DNA of 64,000 nucleotides from Thalassobaculaceae bacterium (GCA_965228875.1 OZ245843.1:1222616-1286615), one strand, 5' to 3'. Shown: positions 28,274 through 38,428, numbered from the stretch's first letter. Notes: generated from the letters alone by a model not told the origin. Numbers and translations: made by a program.

Positions 28274-30005
28274 TCCCGTCACGCTCGCGGTCTTGAACGG
28301 CCGGTTGGAACAGATCGCCGACGAAATGGACGCGACCCTGTTCCGCAGCGCCTTCAACCCGATCATCGCCGAAGCGCACGACGCCAGCCACGGGCTGTAC
28401 CACGCCGAGACCGGCGAGACCCTGGTCCAGGGAAAATCGGGACTGCCGATCTTCGTCGGCGCCATGGCCTTCGCGGTGAAGACCGTGATCGACAAGGCGG
28501 CGCGGGACGGCGACCTGGCGGAGGGCGACGTCTACATCTTCAACGATCCCTATGACGGCGGCACCCATCTGTCGGACTTCCGGCTGGTTCAGCCGCTGTT
28601 CCGCGACGGCAGGGTGTTCTGCTACCTGGCCTCGGTCGGCCACTACCACGATGTCGGCGGCAACGTGCCGGGCAACTACAACCCGGCGGCCACCGAGAGT
28701 TTCCAGGAAGGCTTCCTGATGCCGCCGGTGAAGCTGTTCGAGGCCGGACGCTTCCGCCAGGACATCGTCGACATTCTGCAGGCCAACTCCCGACTGCCCA
28801 ACAGCCTCTACGGCGACCTGAACGGCCAGATCAACGCGCTCAGACTGGGCGAGGGGCGGCTGAAGGATCTGCTCGACGAGTACGGGGACGCCACTGTCGC
28901 GGGCGCCTTCGAGGAGCTCAAGGCCCGTGCCGCCACCCTGATGCGCGCCCAGATCGCCGACCTGCCGGACGGCACCTACAGGGCGCAGGACTTTCTCGAC
29001 AACGACGGCATCGTCGACGAGGCGCTGCCGCTGGCGCTGTCGATCACCGTCGCCGGCGACCGGCTGACCCTGGATTTCACCGGCTCGGCGCCGGCCTGTC
29101 TCGGGCCGGTCAACATCGCCCGGTCGACCACCGTCGCCGCCTGCTATGTGGCGATGAAGCACGTGTTCCAGGAAGTGCCGGCCAATGCCGGTGTGCTGGA
29201 GCCGATCGATTTCGTCATCCCCGACGGCTCGATCCTCGCCGCCACGGCCCCGCGCCCGGTCGGCGGCTACACCGAAACCATCCTGCGGCTGATCGACCTC
29301 AGCTTCCAGGCCCTGGCGCAGGCGGCGCCGGAACGCGTTAACGGCTGCGCCTACGGCACCATCAACGCCCTGTCGCTGGCCGGCTACCGGCGCACCGACG
29401 GACGGCGCTGGGTCATGTTCAGCTTCTTCGGCGGCGGTCATGGCGGTCACCCGGAAGGCGACGGCCTGAACCACGGCAACGCCCCGATCTCGACGGCGAC
29501 CATTCCGCCGCTGGAGATTCTGGAGGCGGCCTATCCGGTGATGTTCAGGCAGTGGGCCCTGCGCGCCGACTCGGGCGGGCCCGGGCGCAACCGGGGCGGC
29601 CTCGGCGCCGTCTACGAGATCGAGCTGCTGGAACAGGCGGCCGACGCCTTCCTGTTCGGGGAGCGTGGACGCCATGCTCCGGCAGGTGTCGTCGGCGGCG
29701 AGGCGGCGGCGCTCAACCGGTTCACCTATCCGGCCGGCCTGGACGGTGGCGAAGCCCATCCGCCGATGGCTTCCAAGATGGTCGGAATCAAGCTGATCGA
29801 GGGCCAGTCCGTCCTGCTGGAAACGCCCGGCGGCGGCGGTTACGGCTCGCCGCTCGAGCGCGATCCGGCGAAGGTCGCCGAGGACGTGCGCCTCGGCTAT
29901 GTCGGCGCCGAGGCGGCGCGAGAGAGATACGGGGTCGCCGCCTCCGAGGACGGGACACTCGACGAGGAAGCGACCAACCAGCTCCGGACGGACCGCGCAG
30001 CATGA
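28260..30005 (+). CDS. Hydantoinase B/oxoprolinase family protein
   Basis: NDPYDGGTHLSD, H..DVGG.VPG, DSGGPG..RGGLG, TPGGGGYG. Confidence 0.92.
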   Translation: MATIDPVTLAVLNGRLEQIADEMDATLFRSAFNPIIAEAHDASHGLYHAETGETLVQGKSGLPIFVGAMAFAVKTVIDKAARDGDLAEGDVYIFNDPYDGGTHLSDFRLVQPLFRDGRVFCYLASVGHYHDVGGNVPGNYNPAATESFQEGFLMPPVKLFEAGRFRQDIVDILQANSRLPNSLYGDLNGQINALRLGEGRLKDLLDEYGDATVAGAFEELKARAATLMRAQIADLPDGTYRAQDFLDNDGIVDEALPLALSITVAGDRLTLDFTGSAPACLGPVNIARSTTVAACYVAMKHVFQEVPANAGVLEPIDFVIPDGSILAATAPRPVGGYTETILRLIDLSFQALAQAAPERVNGCAYGTINALSLAGYRRTDGRRWVMFSFFGGGHGGHPEGDGLNHGNAPISTATIPPLEILEAAYPVMFRQWALRADSGGPGRNRGGLGAVYEIELLEQAADAFLFGERGRHAPAGVVGGEAAALNRFTYPAGLDGGEAHPPMASKMVGIKLIEGQSVLLETPGGGGYGSPLERDPAKVAEDVRLGYVGAEAARERYGVAASEDGTLDEEATNQLRTDRAA

Positions 30006-32062
30006 CCGCGAAAAACTCCCTGATCGCCGGCGTCGATGTCGGCGGCACCTTCACCGACGTCTTCGTCCTCGACGAGGTGGCCGGCGTCGCCCGTGTGGCC
30101 AAGGTGCCCTCGACTCCCGCGAACCAGGCCATCGGCTTCCTGGCCGGACTTGAGGCCGGGGCCGGCGACCTGATGTCGCTGACCACCGTGGTTCACGGCA
30201 CGACCGTCGGCACCAACGCCCTGCTGGAACGCAAGGGGGCGGCCACCGGCATCATCACGACGGCGGGCTTCCGCGACGTGCTGGAGATGCGCCGGCGCGA
30301 CCGGCCGCGTACCTGGGGGCTCTGGGGGACGTTCGAGCCGGTCGTTCCGCGCGACCGCCGTCTGGAGGTGGCGGAACGCACGCTGGCCGACGGCACGGTG
30401 CGCCAGGCGGTCGATCCCGAGGAGGTCGAGGCTGCGGCGGCGCGTCTGCTCGACCTCGGCTGCGAGGCGGTGGCGGTTGTGTTCATCAACGCCTACGCCA
30501 ACGCGGAGAACGAGCGTGCGGCGCTGGCCGCCGTGCGGGCGGTCTGGCCGAACGACGCGGTCACCGCCAGCCACCAGATCGTTCCCGAGATCCGGGAGTT
30601 CGAGCGCAGCTCGACCGCCGCCCTGAACGCCTATCTGCAGCCGCCGGTCGGCCGCTATCTCGCCCGCCTCGAGCAGGCGCTGGGCGAGGCGCAGTCGCCG
30701 GCACAGGTGCTGATCGTCCAGTCCAACGGCGGGGTGATGAGCGTGGAGACCGCGCGCAAGGTCCCGATCCGTACCGCGCTGTCGGGACCGGCCGCTGGCG
30801 TGACGGCCGCCGCCCATATCGGCGCCGTCGCCGGCTACCCGAACCTCATCACCTGCGACATGGGCGGCACGTCATTTGACGTCTCCCTGGTGGTCGAGGG
30901 CGAAAGCGCGCTTGCGGCACAGACCTCGATCGACTTCGGCCTCGTGGTCCGTTCGCCGATGATCGAGATCATCACCATCGGCGCCGGCGGCGGGTCGATC
31001 GCTCGGGTCGATGCCGGCGGCCTGCTGCAGGTCGGCCCGGAAAGCGCGGGCTCCGATCCGGGCCCGGTCTGCTATGGCCTGGGCAATTCCCGCCCGACCG
31101 TCACTGACGCCAACCTGGTTCTGGGCCGGATCAACGCCGACCGGCCGATCGGCGGCAAGCTCGACCGGCTCGACGTCGCCGCCGCCCGCCAGGCGATCGC
31201 CGACCACGTCGCCGCGCCGCTCGGACTGGAAAGCCCGGAGGCGGCCGCGGAGGCCATCATCCGCGTGGCCAATGCCAAGATGGCCGGCGCGATCCGCGTG
31301 GTCTCGATCGAACGCGGCCACGATCCCAAGGAGTTCGTCGCCGTGCCGTTCGGCGGCGGCGGTTCGCTGCATGCCGGCGCCCTGATCCGCGAGGTCGGGC
31401 TGAAGAAGGCCCTCGTCCCGCGCTATCCGGGCGTCACCAGCGCCCTCGGCTGCACCATCGCCGACCTGCGCCAGGACTTCGTCGAGACCTGGAACGTGCT
31501 GCTGGACGACCTCGACGCCGACGCGTTGCGTTCCGCCATCGATCGGCTGTCGGCGACCGGGACGGAGACGGTCCGGGGCGCCGGCGTCACCCTGGAGCGG
31601 GTCGACACGGTGGTCGAACTCGACATGCTGTATGTCGGCCAGACCCATACGGTCGCCGTCCCGATCGATGCGGCCTCTGGCAAACCGGTCGATACCGACG
31701 CGGTCCGAAGCGCCTTCGGGGCCGCCTATGACGCCACCTACGGGCGGCTGCTCTCCGGCATCGCTATGCGGATCATGAACCTGCGTGTCGCCGTGATCGG
31801 CCGGCGCCCGCGGTTCGATCTTTCCCTGTTGGCGCCCGATGCCGGTGCTGCGGCGCAGAATGCCGTCCTCGGTACCCGACCGGTCTATGTCGACGGCGCC
31901 TGGCACGAGGCGACGATCGTCGACCGGCTCGCCCTGCCGGCCGGTGCGACGATCGACGGGCCGGCGGTGCTGGAGCAGAGCGACACGACCATTCTGATCG
32001 AACCGGGCCTGACCGGCGAGGTCGACGCCTACGGCAACGTGCTGATCGGGGAGCGACCATGA
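30002..32062 (+). CDS. Hydantoinase A/oxoprolinase family protein (ATP-binding subunit)
   Basis: GVDVGGTFTD, HGTTVGTNALLE, SGPAAGV, DMGGTSFD, GAGGGSIA, GPESAG.PGP; ATGA overlap with the upstream gene. Confidence 0.92.
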   Translation: MTAKNSLIAGVDVGGTFTDVFVLDEVAGVARVAKVPSTPANQAIGFLAGLEAGAGDLMSLTTVVHGTTVGTNALLERKGAATGIITTAGFRDVLEMRRRDRPRTWGLWGTFEPVVPRDRRLEVAERTLADGTVRQAVDPEEVEAAAARLLDLGCEAVAVVFINAYANAENERAALAAVRAVWPNDAVTASHQIVPEIREFERSSTAALNAYLQPPVGRYLARLEQALGEAQSPAQVLIVQSNGGVMSVETARKVPIRTALSGPAAGVTAAAHIGAVAGYPNLITCDMGGTSFDVSLVVEGESALAAQTSIDFGLVVRSPMIEIITIGAGGGSIARVDAGGLLQVGPESAGSDPGPVCYGLGNSRPTVTDANLVLGRINADRPIGGKLDRLDVAAARQAIADHVAAPLGLESPEAAAEAIIRVANAKMAGAIRVVSIERGHDPKEFVAVPFGGGGSLHAGALIREVGLKKALVPRYPGVTSALGCTIADLRQDFVETWNVLLDDLDADALRSAIDRLSATGTETVRGAGVTLERVDTVVELDMLYVGQTHTVAVPIDAASGKPVDTDAVRSAFGAAYDATYGRLLSGIAMRIMNLRVAVIGRRPRFDLSLLAPDAGAAAQNAVLGTRPVYVDGAWHEATIVDRLALPAGATIDGPAVLEQSDTTILIEPGLTGEVDAYGNVLIGERP

Positions 32063-32679
32063 GCCGCGCCCTCGACTTCGCGGATCCGGCGGCGACCGCC
32101 CTGCTGCTGGTGGATCTGCAGAACGACTTCATCCACAAGGACGGAGCCTATGCCCGCGGCGGGGCCGGTGCAGCCGCGATCGCCGCGTTGCCGGGTCGGC
32201 TGGCACCGCTTGCCGACGCCGTGCGGGCCAAGGGCGGGTGGATCGTCTCGACGCATTTCACGCTTGTCCCGGGCAAGGGCGGCGCGCCCCTGATCTCGCC
32301 ACACCTGAAGGCGCTTCGGCCGTTCCTCGGAACCGGCGACTTTGTTCCCGGCGGGTGGGGGCATGACGTCGTGGAGGCACTACTCCCCGTTGATATGAGG
32401 GTCGAGAAAGTAGCGTTCTCAGCATTTTATATGAGCCGCCTCGAGTGGATTCTCAAGAAAGCGGGAATTACCACACTGATCGTAGGCGGTATCGTGACCA
32501 ATGGCGGCGTCGCCTCGACGGTGCGCGATGCCCACGTCCGCGATATCGACACCGTGGTCCTGGAGGACGGTTGCGCAGCCTTCTCCGAGCCGGTCCACAC
32601 CACGGCGATCGACGCCCTTCGGCCGGTCAGCGCCGTCGCGACCATCGCCGAGGTGGTGGCGGCCTGGGAGGCGGTCTGA
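32059..32679 (+). CDS. Isochorismatase/cysteine hydrolase family protein (catalytic Cys replaced by Gly)
   Basis: LLVDLQNDF, EKVAFSAF, GIVTNGGVASTVRDA. Confidence 0.85.
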   Translation: MSRALDFADPAATALLLVDLQNDFIHKDGAYARGGAGAAAIAALPGRLAPLADAVRAKGGWIVSTHFTLVPGKGGAPLISPHLKALRPFLGTGDFVPGGWGHDVVEALLPVDMRVEKVAFSAFYMSRLEWILKKAGITTLIVGGIVTNGGVASTVRDAHVRDIDTVVLEDGCAAFSEPVHTTAIDALRPVSAVATIAEVVAAWEAV

Positions 32680-34100
32680 TGGGGGTCATCCGTCGCGACA
32701 ACCCGCCGGAGTTCGGCGTGCCGGTGATCGTGATCGGGGCCGGGGCCTGCGGACTGATCGCGGCGCTCGCAGCCCGCGACGCCGGCGCCGAGGTGATGGT
32801 TCTGGAGCGCGACCCGGTGCCGGCGGGATCGACCTCGCTTTCCGCCGGGTATATTCCGGCCTGCGCAACCCGCTGGCAGGAGGCGGCGGACGTCGAGGAT
32901 GACGTGTCGCGGATGCTCGGCGACATTCAGCGCAAGAACGACGGCGAGGGTGATCCGATCCTCGGCCGGCACCTCTGCGAGACCTCCGCGGCGACCCTGG
33001 AATGGCTCGCCGACGCCCACGACCAGGTGTTCGTGCTCGAGACCGGCTTTCGCTACCCCGGACATACCAGCCACCGCATGCATGCCCATCCGGAGATGAC
33101 AGGGGCCGCCCTTGTCGGCGCCCTGGCGGCGGCGGCGGAGCGGGCCGGAATCGACATCGTCTGCGAGGCGGCCGTCCGCGATCTGATCGCCGACGCCGAA
33201 GGTCGGGTGTCGGGTGTGGTCATCGACCGGCCCGACGGTACGACGGACGAGATCGGCTGCGCCGCGCTGGTTCTGGCCTGCAACGGCTATGGCGGCAATC
33301 CGGAGATGGTCCGCACCCACATCCCGGACATGGCGGACGCCCTGTATTTCGGCCACACCGGCAACCGGGGCGACGCGGTCGCCTGGGGCACCGCGCTGGG
33401 AGCGGCCACCGGCCAGATGGGGAGCTACCAGGGGCATGGCTCGGTCGCCCATCCCCACGGCGTGCTGATCTCCTGGGCGCTGATGATGGAGGGCGGTCTT
33501 CAGGTGAATGCCGAGGGCCGGCGTTTCTCCAACGAGCATGCCGGCTATTCCGAACAGGCCCTGAAGGTGCTGGCCCAACCGGGGGGGATCGCCTGGAACG
33601 TCTATGACCGGCGGCTCCACGAGATGGGACTCGGCCAGCAGGACTACCGGCGCGCGGTCGAGATGGGCGCGATCCGAGAAGTGCCGGATCTTGCCAGCCT
33701 GGCCAGGGTGATAGGGTGCCCGGAAGCGCCGCTGGCAGAGACCCTGAAACAGGCGCGTGCGGCCGCCGCAGGCCATGCCGACGATCCGTTCGGCCGCGAC
33801 TTCACCGGCGCGCCGGCGCTCGACGTGCCGCCGTTCTTCGCGGTGCGGGTGACCGGCGCCCTGTTCCACACCCAGGGCGGCCTGGCGGTCGACACGCGGG
33901 CGCGCGTGCTGCGCCCCGACGGAACGGCGCTCGCGAACCTGTTCGCCGGTGGCGGCGCGGCGGTCGGCCTGTCCGGTAGCGGGGTGGAGGGGTACCTGTC
34001 GGGGAATGGGCTGCTGACCGCCGTCACGCTGGGCCGGATCGCCGGGATCGAGGCGGCGGCGCTGGCAGAGGAAACGCTGGCAGAGGAGAAGGCGACATGA
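32679..34100 (+). CDS. FAD-dependent oxidoreductase, fumarate reductase/TcuA-like flavoprotein
   Basis: IGAGACG, GSTSLSAG, LACNGYG, GRRF.NE, HTQGGL, NLFAGG, YLSGNGL. Confidence 0.85.
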   Translation: MGVIRRDNPPEFGVPVIVIGAGACGLIAALAARDAGAEVMVLERDPVPAGSTSLSAGYIPACATRWQEAADVEDDVSRMLGDIQRKNDGEGDPILGRHLCETSAATLEWLADAHDQVFVLETGFRYPGHTSHRMHAHPEMTGAALVGALAAAAERAGIDIVCEAAVRDLIADAEGRVSGVVIDRPDGTTDEIGCAALVLACNGYGGNPEMVRTHIPDMADALYFGHTGNRGDAVAWGTALGAATGQMGSYQGHGSVAHPHGVLISWALMMEGGLQVNAEGRRFSNEHAGYSEQALKVLAQPGGIAWNVYDRRLHEMGLGQQDYRRAVEMGAIREVPDLASLARVIGCPEAPLAETLKQARAAAAGHADDPFGRDFTGAPALDVPPFFAVRVTGALFHTQGGLAVDTRARVLRPDGTALANLFAGGGAAVGLSGSGVEGYLSGNGLLTAVTLGRIAGIEAAALAEETLAEEKAT

Positions 34101-35032
34101 CCGAGACCTATCCGCGCGACCTGGTCGGCTACGGTGCGCAGCCTCCCCAAGCCGTCTGGCCGGGTGGCGCCCGGGTGGCGCTCAGTTTCGTGCTGAACGT
34201 GGAGGAGGGCTCGGAGACCAACGTTCTGCACGGCGATGCCCGAAACGAGGCGGGCCTGTCCGAGGTCGTGGGCGGTCGCCACCCGGCGGGCACGCGCGAC
34301 CTCGGCATGGAATCGCTCTACGACTACGGCCCGCGGGCCGGGTTCTGGCGGATCCACCGGTTGTTCACCGAGCGGAACCTGCCGCTGACCGTCTTTGGCT
34401 GCGCCATGGCGCTGGAACGCAATCCGGTGGCGACGGACGCCATGGCCGCCGCCGGATGGGAGTTCGCGGGCCATGGCTGGCGCTGGATCAACCACTACGA
34501 ACTGAGCGAGGACGAGGAGCGCGAGCATATCGCCCGCGCCGTGGAGATCACCGAGAGGCTGACCGGGCAACGGCTCAAGGGTTGGTACTGTCGCTACGCC
34601 CCGAGTCCGAATACCCGTCGGTTGCTCGTCGAGGCCGGCGGCTTCAGATACGACAGCGACAGTTACAGCGACGATCTCCCGTACTGGGTCGATGTGGAGG
34701 GCAGGGATCATCTGGTGGTTCCCTACGCGCTCGACACCAACGACGTGAAGTTCGGCGCCCCCGCCTCCTACGGCTCAGGCGAGGACTTCTTCCGCTATAT
34801 CACCGATGCCTACGACCAGCTCTGGGACGAGGGGGTGGACCGGCCGCGCATGTTGTCGATCGGCCTGCACCAGCGGCTGGTCGGGCGTCCCGGCCGGGCT
34901 CGGGCGCTCGCCCGGTTTCTCGACCATGTACAGGAGAAGGGTGCGACTTGGGTCACCCGCCGGATCGACATCGCCGAGCACTGGCACGCGACTCAGGCGC
35001 CGTCACAGAAACCGGAACAGGAACCGGGGTGA
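34097..35032 (+). CDS. puuE: Allantoinase PuuE-like polysaccharide deacetylase family protein
   Basis: YPRDLVGYG, NVEEGSE, MESLYDYG.RAGFWR, HGWRWI, YSDDLPYW, PYALDTND, SIGLH.RLVGRPGR. Confidence 0.8.
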   Translation: MTETYPRDLVGYGAQPPQAVWPGGARVALSFVLNVEEGSETNVLHGDARNEAGLSEVVGGRHPAGTRDLGMESLYDYGPRAGFWRIHRLFTERNLPLTVFGCAMALERNPVATDAMAAAGWEFAGHGWRWINHYELSEDEEREHIARAVEITERLTGQRLKGWYCRYAPSPNTRRLLVEAGGFRYDSDSYSDDLPYWVDVEGRDHLVVPYALDTNDVKFGAPASYGSGEDFFRYITDAYDQLWDEGVDRPRMLSIGLHQRLVGRPGRARALARFLDHVQEKGATWVTRRIDIAEHWHATQAPSQKPEQEPG

Positions 35033-35370
35033 GCCGACGGGCTGCACTCAGCGTCTGCGGACTCCGAGCCAACCGGAAGCAAGATAAGGCGACGAGAGCA
35101 TCGGTGCCTCCACCATATGGTTTCAATTGTTGAAAAGGTGGGTGTGCGCACGTCGTGCGTCAACGGGCGATTTGCTCGACAAATCTGTAAGTTGTCTGCA
35201 CAATCCACAATCCATCCACAGGCTGGGGTCGCGTCGGAGCGACGGCTTCGGCGCACGACGCCTGCGCGGAGTTCATTGTGTCCGCCCAGCACCTTGCCTA
35301 TAAAGCTTCCGTGGAATGCTGGCGCTGGCGACCCGATCCGCGGTCGGCGCCCGATACGGTGAGGTAGACG

Positions 35371-36030
35371 ATGGTCGACTACGCGCTGGCGCGCCTGAAC
35401 ATGGTCGAGAGCCAGATCCGGACCAACAGGGTTACCGACCCCGATCTGGTCGAAGCGTTCGACACGGTTCCACGCGAACTGTTCGTCCCCAAGGCGAAGC
35501 GTGGCATCGCCTACGTGGACGAGGCTTTGGAGATCGGCGGCGGTCGCTACATGCTCGAGCCGATGGTGCTCGCTCGCCTGCTGCAGGCGGCGGTTCCGGA
35601 ACCGGGGGACGTGGCCCTCGATATCGCCTGCGGCACCGGCTACGCGACGGTGATCTTGTCCAAGATGGTGTCCATGGTCGTCGGCGTCGAAGAGGATCAG
35701 GGACTGGTCGACGCGGGCAACGCCAATCTCGAGACCCTGGGCATCGACAATGCCGCGATCGTTCGGGGCAGGTTGGACGAAGGCTACGACAAACAGGCGC
35801 CATACAATGTGATCCTGATCGACGGTGGCGTCGAGGTGGTGCCGCCGGCACTGTTCGATGACCTGGCCGATGGCGGCCGGCTCGTCACGGTGGAGGGCGG
35901 GTCGCCGACCGAACCCGGCGTCGCCGTCCTGTACGAGAAGCGCGGGGGCCGGATTGGCCGCCGCATTCTGTTCGATGCCGGCACCCCGCTGCTGAGCGGA
36001 TTTCGCGAGGAGGCCGGGTTTGTCTTCTGA
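35371..36030 (+). CDS. pcm: Protein-L-isoaspartate O-methyltransferase
   Basis: ARLNMVESQIR, VPRELFVP, LDIACGTGY, APYNVI; pcm-tolC-popZ-valS synteny. Confidence 0.88.
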   Translation: MVDYALARLNMVESQIRTNRVTDPDLVEAFDTVPRELFVPKAKRGIAYVDEALEIGGGRYMLEPMVLARLLQAAVPEPGDVALDIACGTGYATVILSKMVSMVVGVEEDQGLVDAGNANLETLGIDNAAIVRGRLDEGYDKQAPYNVILIDGGVEVVPPALFDDLADGGRLVTVEGGSPTEPGVAVLYEKRGGRIGRRILFDAGTPLLSGFREEAGFVF

Positions 36031-36106
36031 TCCTGTCGTCGTGGATTCATCCGCGTTTCCGTCCCGCCCGCCGGTCACGGCGTCAGCGCAGTCTGAAAGG
36101 AATTTC

Positions 36107-37507
36107 ATGACCTCGTTCGCGAAGTCGCTCCGCTCCTCCGTGGCGGTCGTCGCCCTGCTCGTCGGCATGGGGGCGGCCGGCGGCAGTCTTGCCCAGGCCC
36201 AGACGCTGGAGGAGGCGCTGGCCCAGGCCTATGAGACCAATCCGCAGCTTCTGGCCGAACGTGCAGAGTTGCGGCAGACGGACGAGACGGCGCCTCAGGC
36301 CCGCAGCGGCTGGCTGCCGACCATCAGCGCGTCCGGCAGCTTCGGCGTGACCGACGTCGACGCCGAGAGCAACGGCGTCACCTCCACCGACGACCACTCC
36401 TTTCCGATCACCGCCTCGCTGACCGCCAGTCAGCCGCTGTACACCTTCGGGCGGGTGCAGGCCGATGTCGATGTCGCCGACGCCAACATCCAGGCGGCCC
36501 GTGCCGGTATGTTCGTGACCGAACAGAGCACGTTGCTCGATGCCGTCACCGCCTACGTCAACGTGATCCGCGACACCTCGACCCTCAACCTGCAGATCAA
36601 CAACGTCCAGCGGCTGAACAAGCAGCTCGAGGCGACCCGCGACCGCTTCCGCGTCGGCGAGGTGACCCGGACCGACGTCGCCCAGTCCGAGTCGCGCCTG
36701 GCGCGCGCGGAGGCCGACCGCACCCAGGCGGAAGGCAATCTGATCACCTCGCGCGTGACGTTCGAACGGGTCATCGGCGTGGTTCCGGGGACGCTGAGTG
36801 AAGCGGAGATTCCGCCGGGACTGCCGTCCGCCCGGGACGAAGCCGTGGACATCGCGGTCCGTGAGAACTTTTCGCTGGTCCAGGCCAAGTTCCAGGAACT
36901 GGCCGCACGGCACCAGATCACCCAGGCCGAGGGCAGCCTCTATCCCAATGTCAGCCTGGTCGCCGAGGCGGACAACACCTACAACACCAGCGGCGGCGAC
37001 AACGAGGTCCGGTCGCTGACGGCCGAGGTGCAGATCTCCGTGCCGATCTACCAGCAGGGCGTTGTCTATTCTCAGATCCGCGAGGCCAAGGAGAACGCCA
37101 ACAGGGTCCGTCTGCTGGTCGACAACCAGCGCCGTTCCGTCGTCGAGAGCGCCGCCAGCGCCTTCGAACGCTACAAGACGGCGCTCGCTCAGATCGAGTC
37201 GCTGCGCTCCGAGGTTCAGTCGGCCGAAATCGCCCTCGACGGCGTGCAGCAGGAGGCGACCGTCGGCGCCCGCACGGTGCTGGACGTTCTCGATGCGGAG
37301 CAGGAACTGCTCGACGCCCAGGTCAGCCTCGTGGCGGCCGATCGAAACGCGGTCGTTGCCGCCTATTCGCTTCTCGCGTCGCTCGGTCGACTCACCGCCC
37401 AGGACCTGGGGCTCCCGGTTGAGGTCTACGACTATGACCAGCACTACCTCGCGGTCGAGTCGAAGTATTACGGCACCGAGCCTCCGGGCACGCTTCCTGG
37501 TAACTGA
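36107..37507 (+). CDS. tolC: TolC family outer membrane protein
   Basis: Signal peptide, TLEEALAQAYETNP, RFRVGEVTRTDVAQ, VGARTVLDVLDAEQEL. Confidence 0.92.
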   Translation: MTSFAKSLRSSVAVVALLVGMGAAGGSLAQAQTLEEALAQAYETNPQLLAERAELRQTDETAPQARSGWLPTISASGSFGVTDVDAESNGVTSTDDHSFPITASLTASQPLYTFGRVQADVDVADANIQAARAGMFVTEQSTLLDAVTAYVNVIRDTSTLNLQINNVQRLNKQLEATRDRFRVGEVTRTDVAQSESRLARAEADRTQAEGNLITSRVTFERVIGVVPGTLSEAEIPPGLPSARDEAVDIAVRENFSLVQAKFQELAARHQITQAEGSLYPNVSLVAEADNTYNTSGGDNEVRSLTAEVQISVPIYQQGVVYSQIREAKENANRVRLLVDNQRRSVVESAASAFERYKTALAQIESLRSEVQSAEIALDGVQQEATVGARTVLDVLDAEQELLDAQVSLVAADRNAVVAAYSLLASLGRLTAQDLGLPVEVYDYDQHYLAVESKYYGTEPPGTLPGN

Positions 37508-37602
37508 CGGCGATTCGCGCGAACTGTTGGCCTGGTATAGGGTTATCAGGTAATCTTCAGATTCGAATTGTACCGGACTCGTAGGGCCGCCGGGGCGAGG
37601 GC

Positions 37603-38298
37603 ATGAGCGACACGCAAGAACCATCCATGGAAGAAATTCTGGCGTCCATTCGCCGGATTATCTCTGAGGATGGGGATGAGGAGGAAGAGGCGCCGGCGGA
37701 AGAGGAGTCCGTTCCGGAGCCTGAGCCTGAGCCGGAACCCGAAGCGGAGCCTGAGCCGGAACCCGAGCCCGAACCGGAACCCGAGCCGGAGCCAGAGGAA
37801 GAGGAAGAAGAGGACGTCCTTGATCTCTCCGACATGGAGACCGACGAGGACGACGAGGAAGAGGCGGAACCCCTGTTCGACGAGCAGCGGTACCAACTCG
37901 ACGATCCGGAACCGGAACCCGAGCCGGAACCCGAGCCCGAGCCGCTTCCGGAACCGGAGCCTGAGCCGGAACCCGAACCGGAGCCCGAGCCGGTTTACGC
38001 GCCGCCTCCGCCGCCCGCACCCCGCCCCGCCCCGCCGCAGCCGCAGGGGCTGGTGTCGCCACCGCAGGCCCAGGAGACGGTGCATTCGTTCTCCGAGCTT
38101 CAGGCCAAACTCAACGAGGACTACCAGGAGCTTCCCCTCGGCAACGGCGCTGTCACGCTCGAACGGCTGACGCGCGAGCTGATGCGCCCAATGCTGAAGG
38201 ACTGGCTCGACCAGCACCTGCCGTCCATGGTCGAGCGGCTGGTCCGTGAGGAGATCGAGCGGCTGGTCATGCTGTCGCAGCGTCGGGACCGCTGGTAG
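37603..38298 (+). CDS. popZ: Polar organizing protein PopZ
   Basis: N-terminal [18 protein letters not shown]; acidic Pro-rich linker; C-terminal [33 protein letters not shown]. Confidence 0.93.
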   Translation: MSDTQEPSMEEILASIRRIISEDGDEEEEAPAEEESVPEPEPEPEPEAEPEPEPEPEPEPEPEPEEEEEEDVLDLSDMETDEDDEEEAEPLFDEQRYQLDDPEPEPEPEPEPEPLPEPEPEPEPEPEPEPVYAPPPPPAPRPAPPQPQGLVSPPQAQETVHSFSELQAKLNEDYQELPLGNGAVTLERLTRELMRPMLKDWLDQHLPSMVERLVREEIERLVMLSQRRDRW

Positions 38299-38428
38299 AC
38301 GCGATTTCCCGACCGTGGCCGAGCGGGTGTGGCGTTTCGCGCCGCCTTGGCCTATGAACGGCCTCCGTCGATACTGAAGCGTGCGAGGGGTCCGCGTTCA
38401 CCGCGAGGCCGCTCCCAAGGATCCTGCG

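Noticed and set aside
35200..35222. Replication origin suggested by two ATCCACA DnaA-box-like words
   Set aside because: Both deviate from TTATCCACA, and the dif site and KOPS orientation place this window at the terminus
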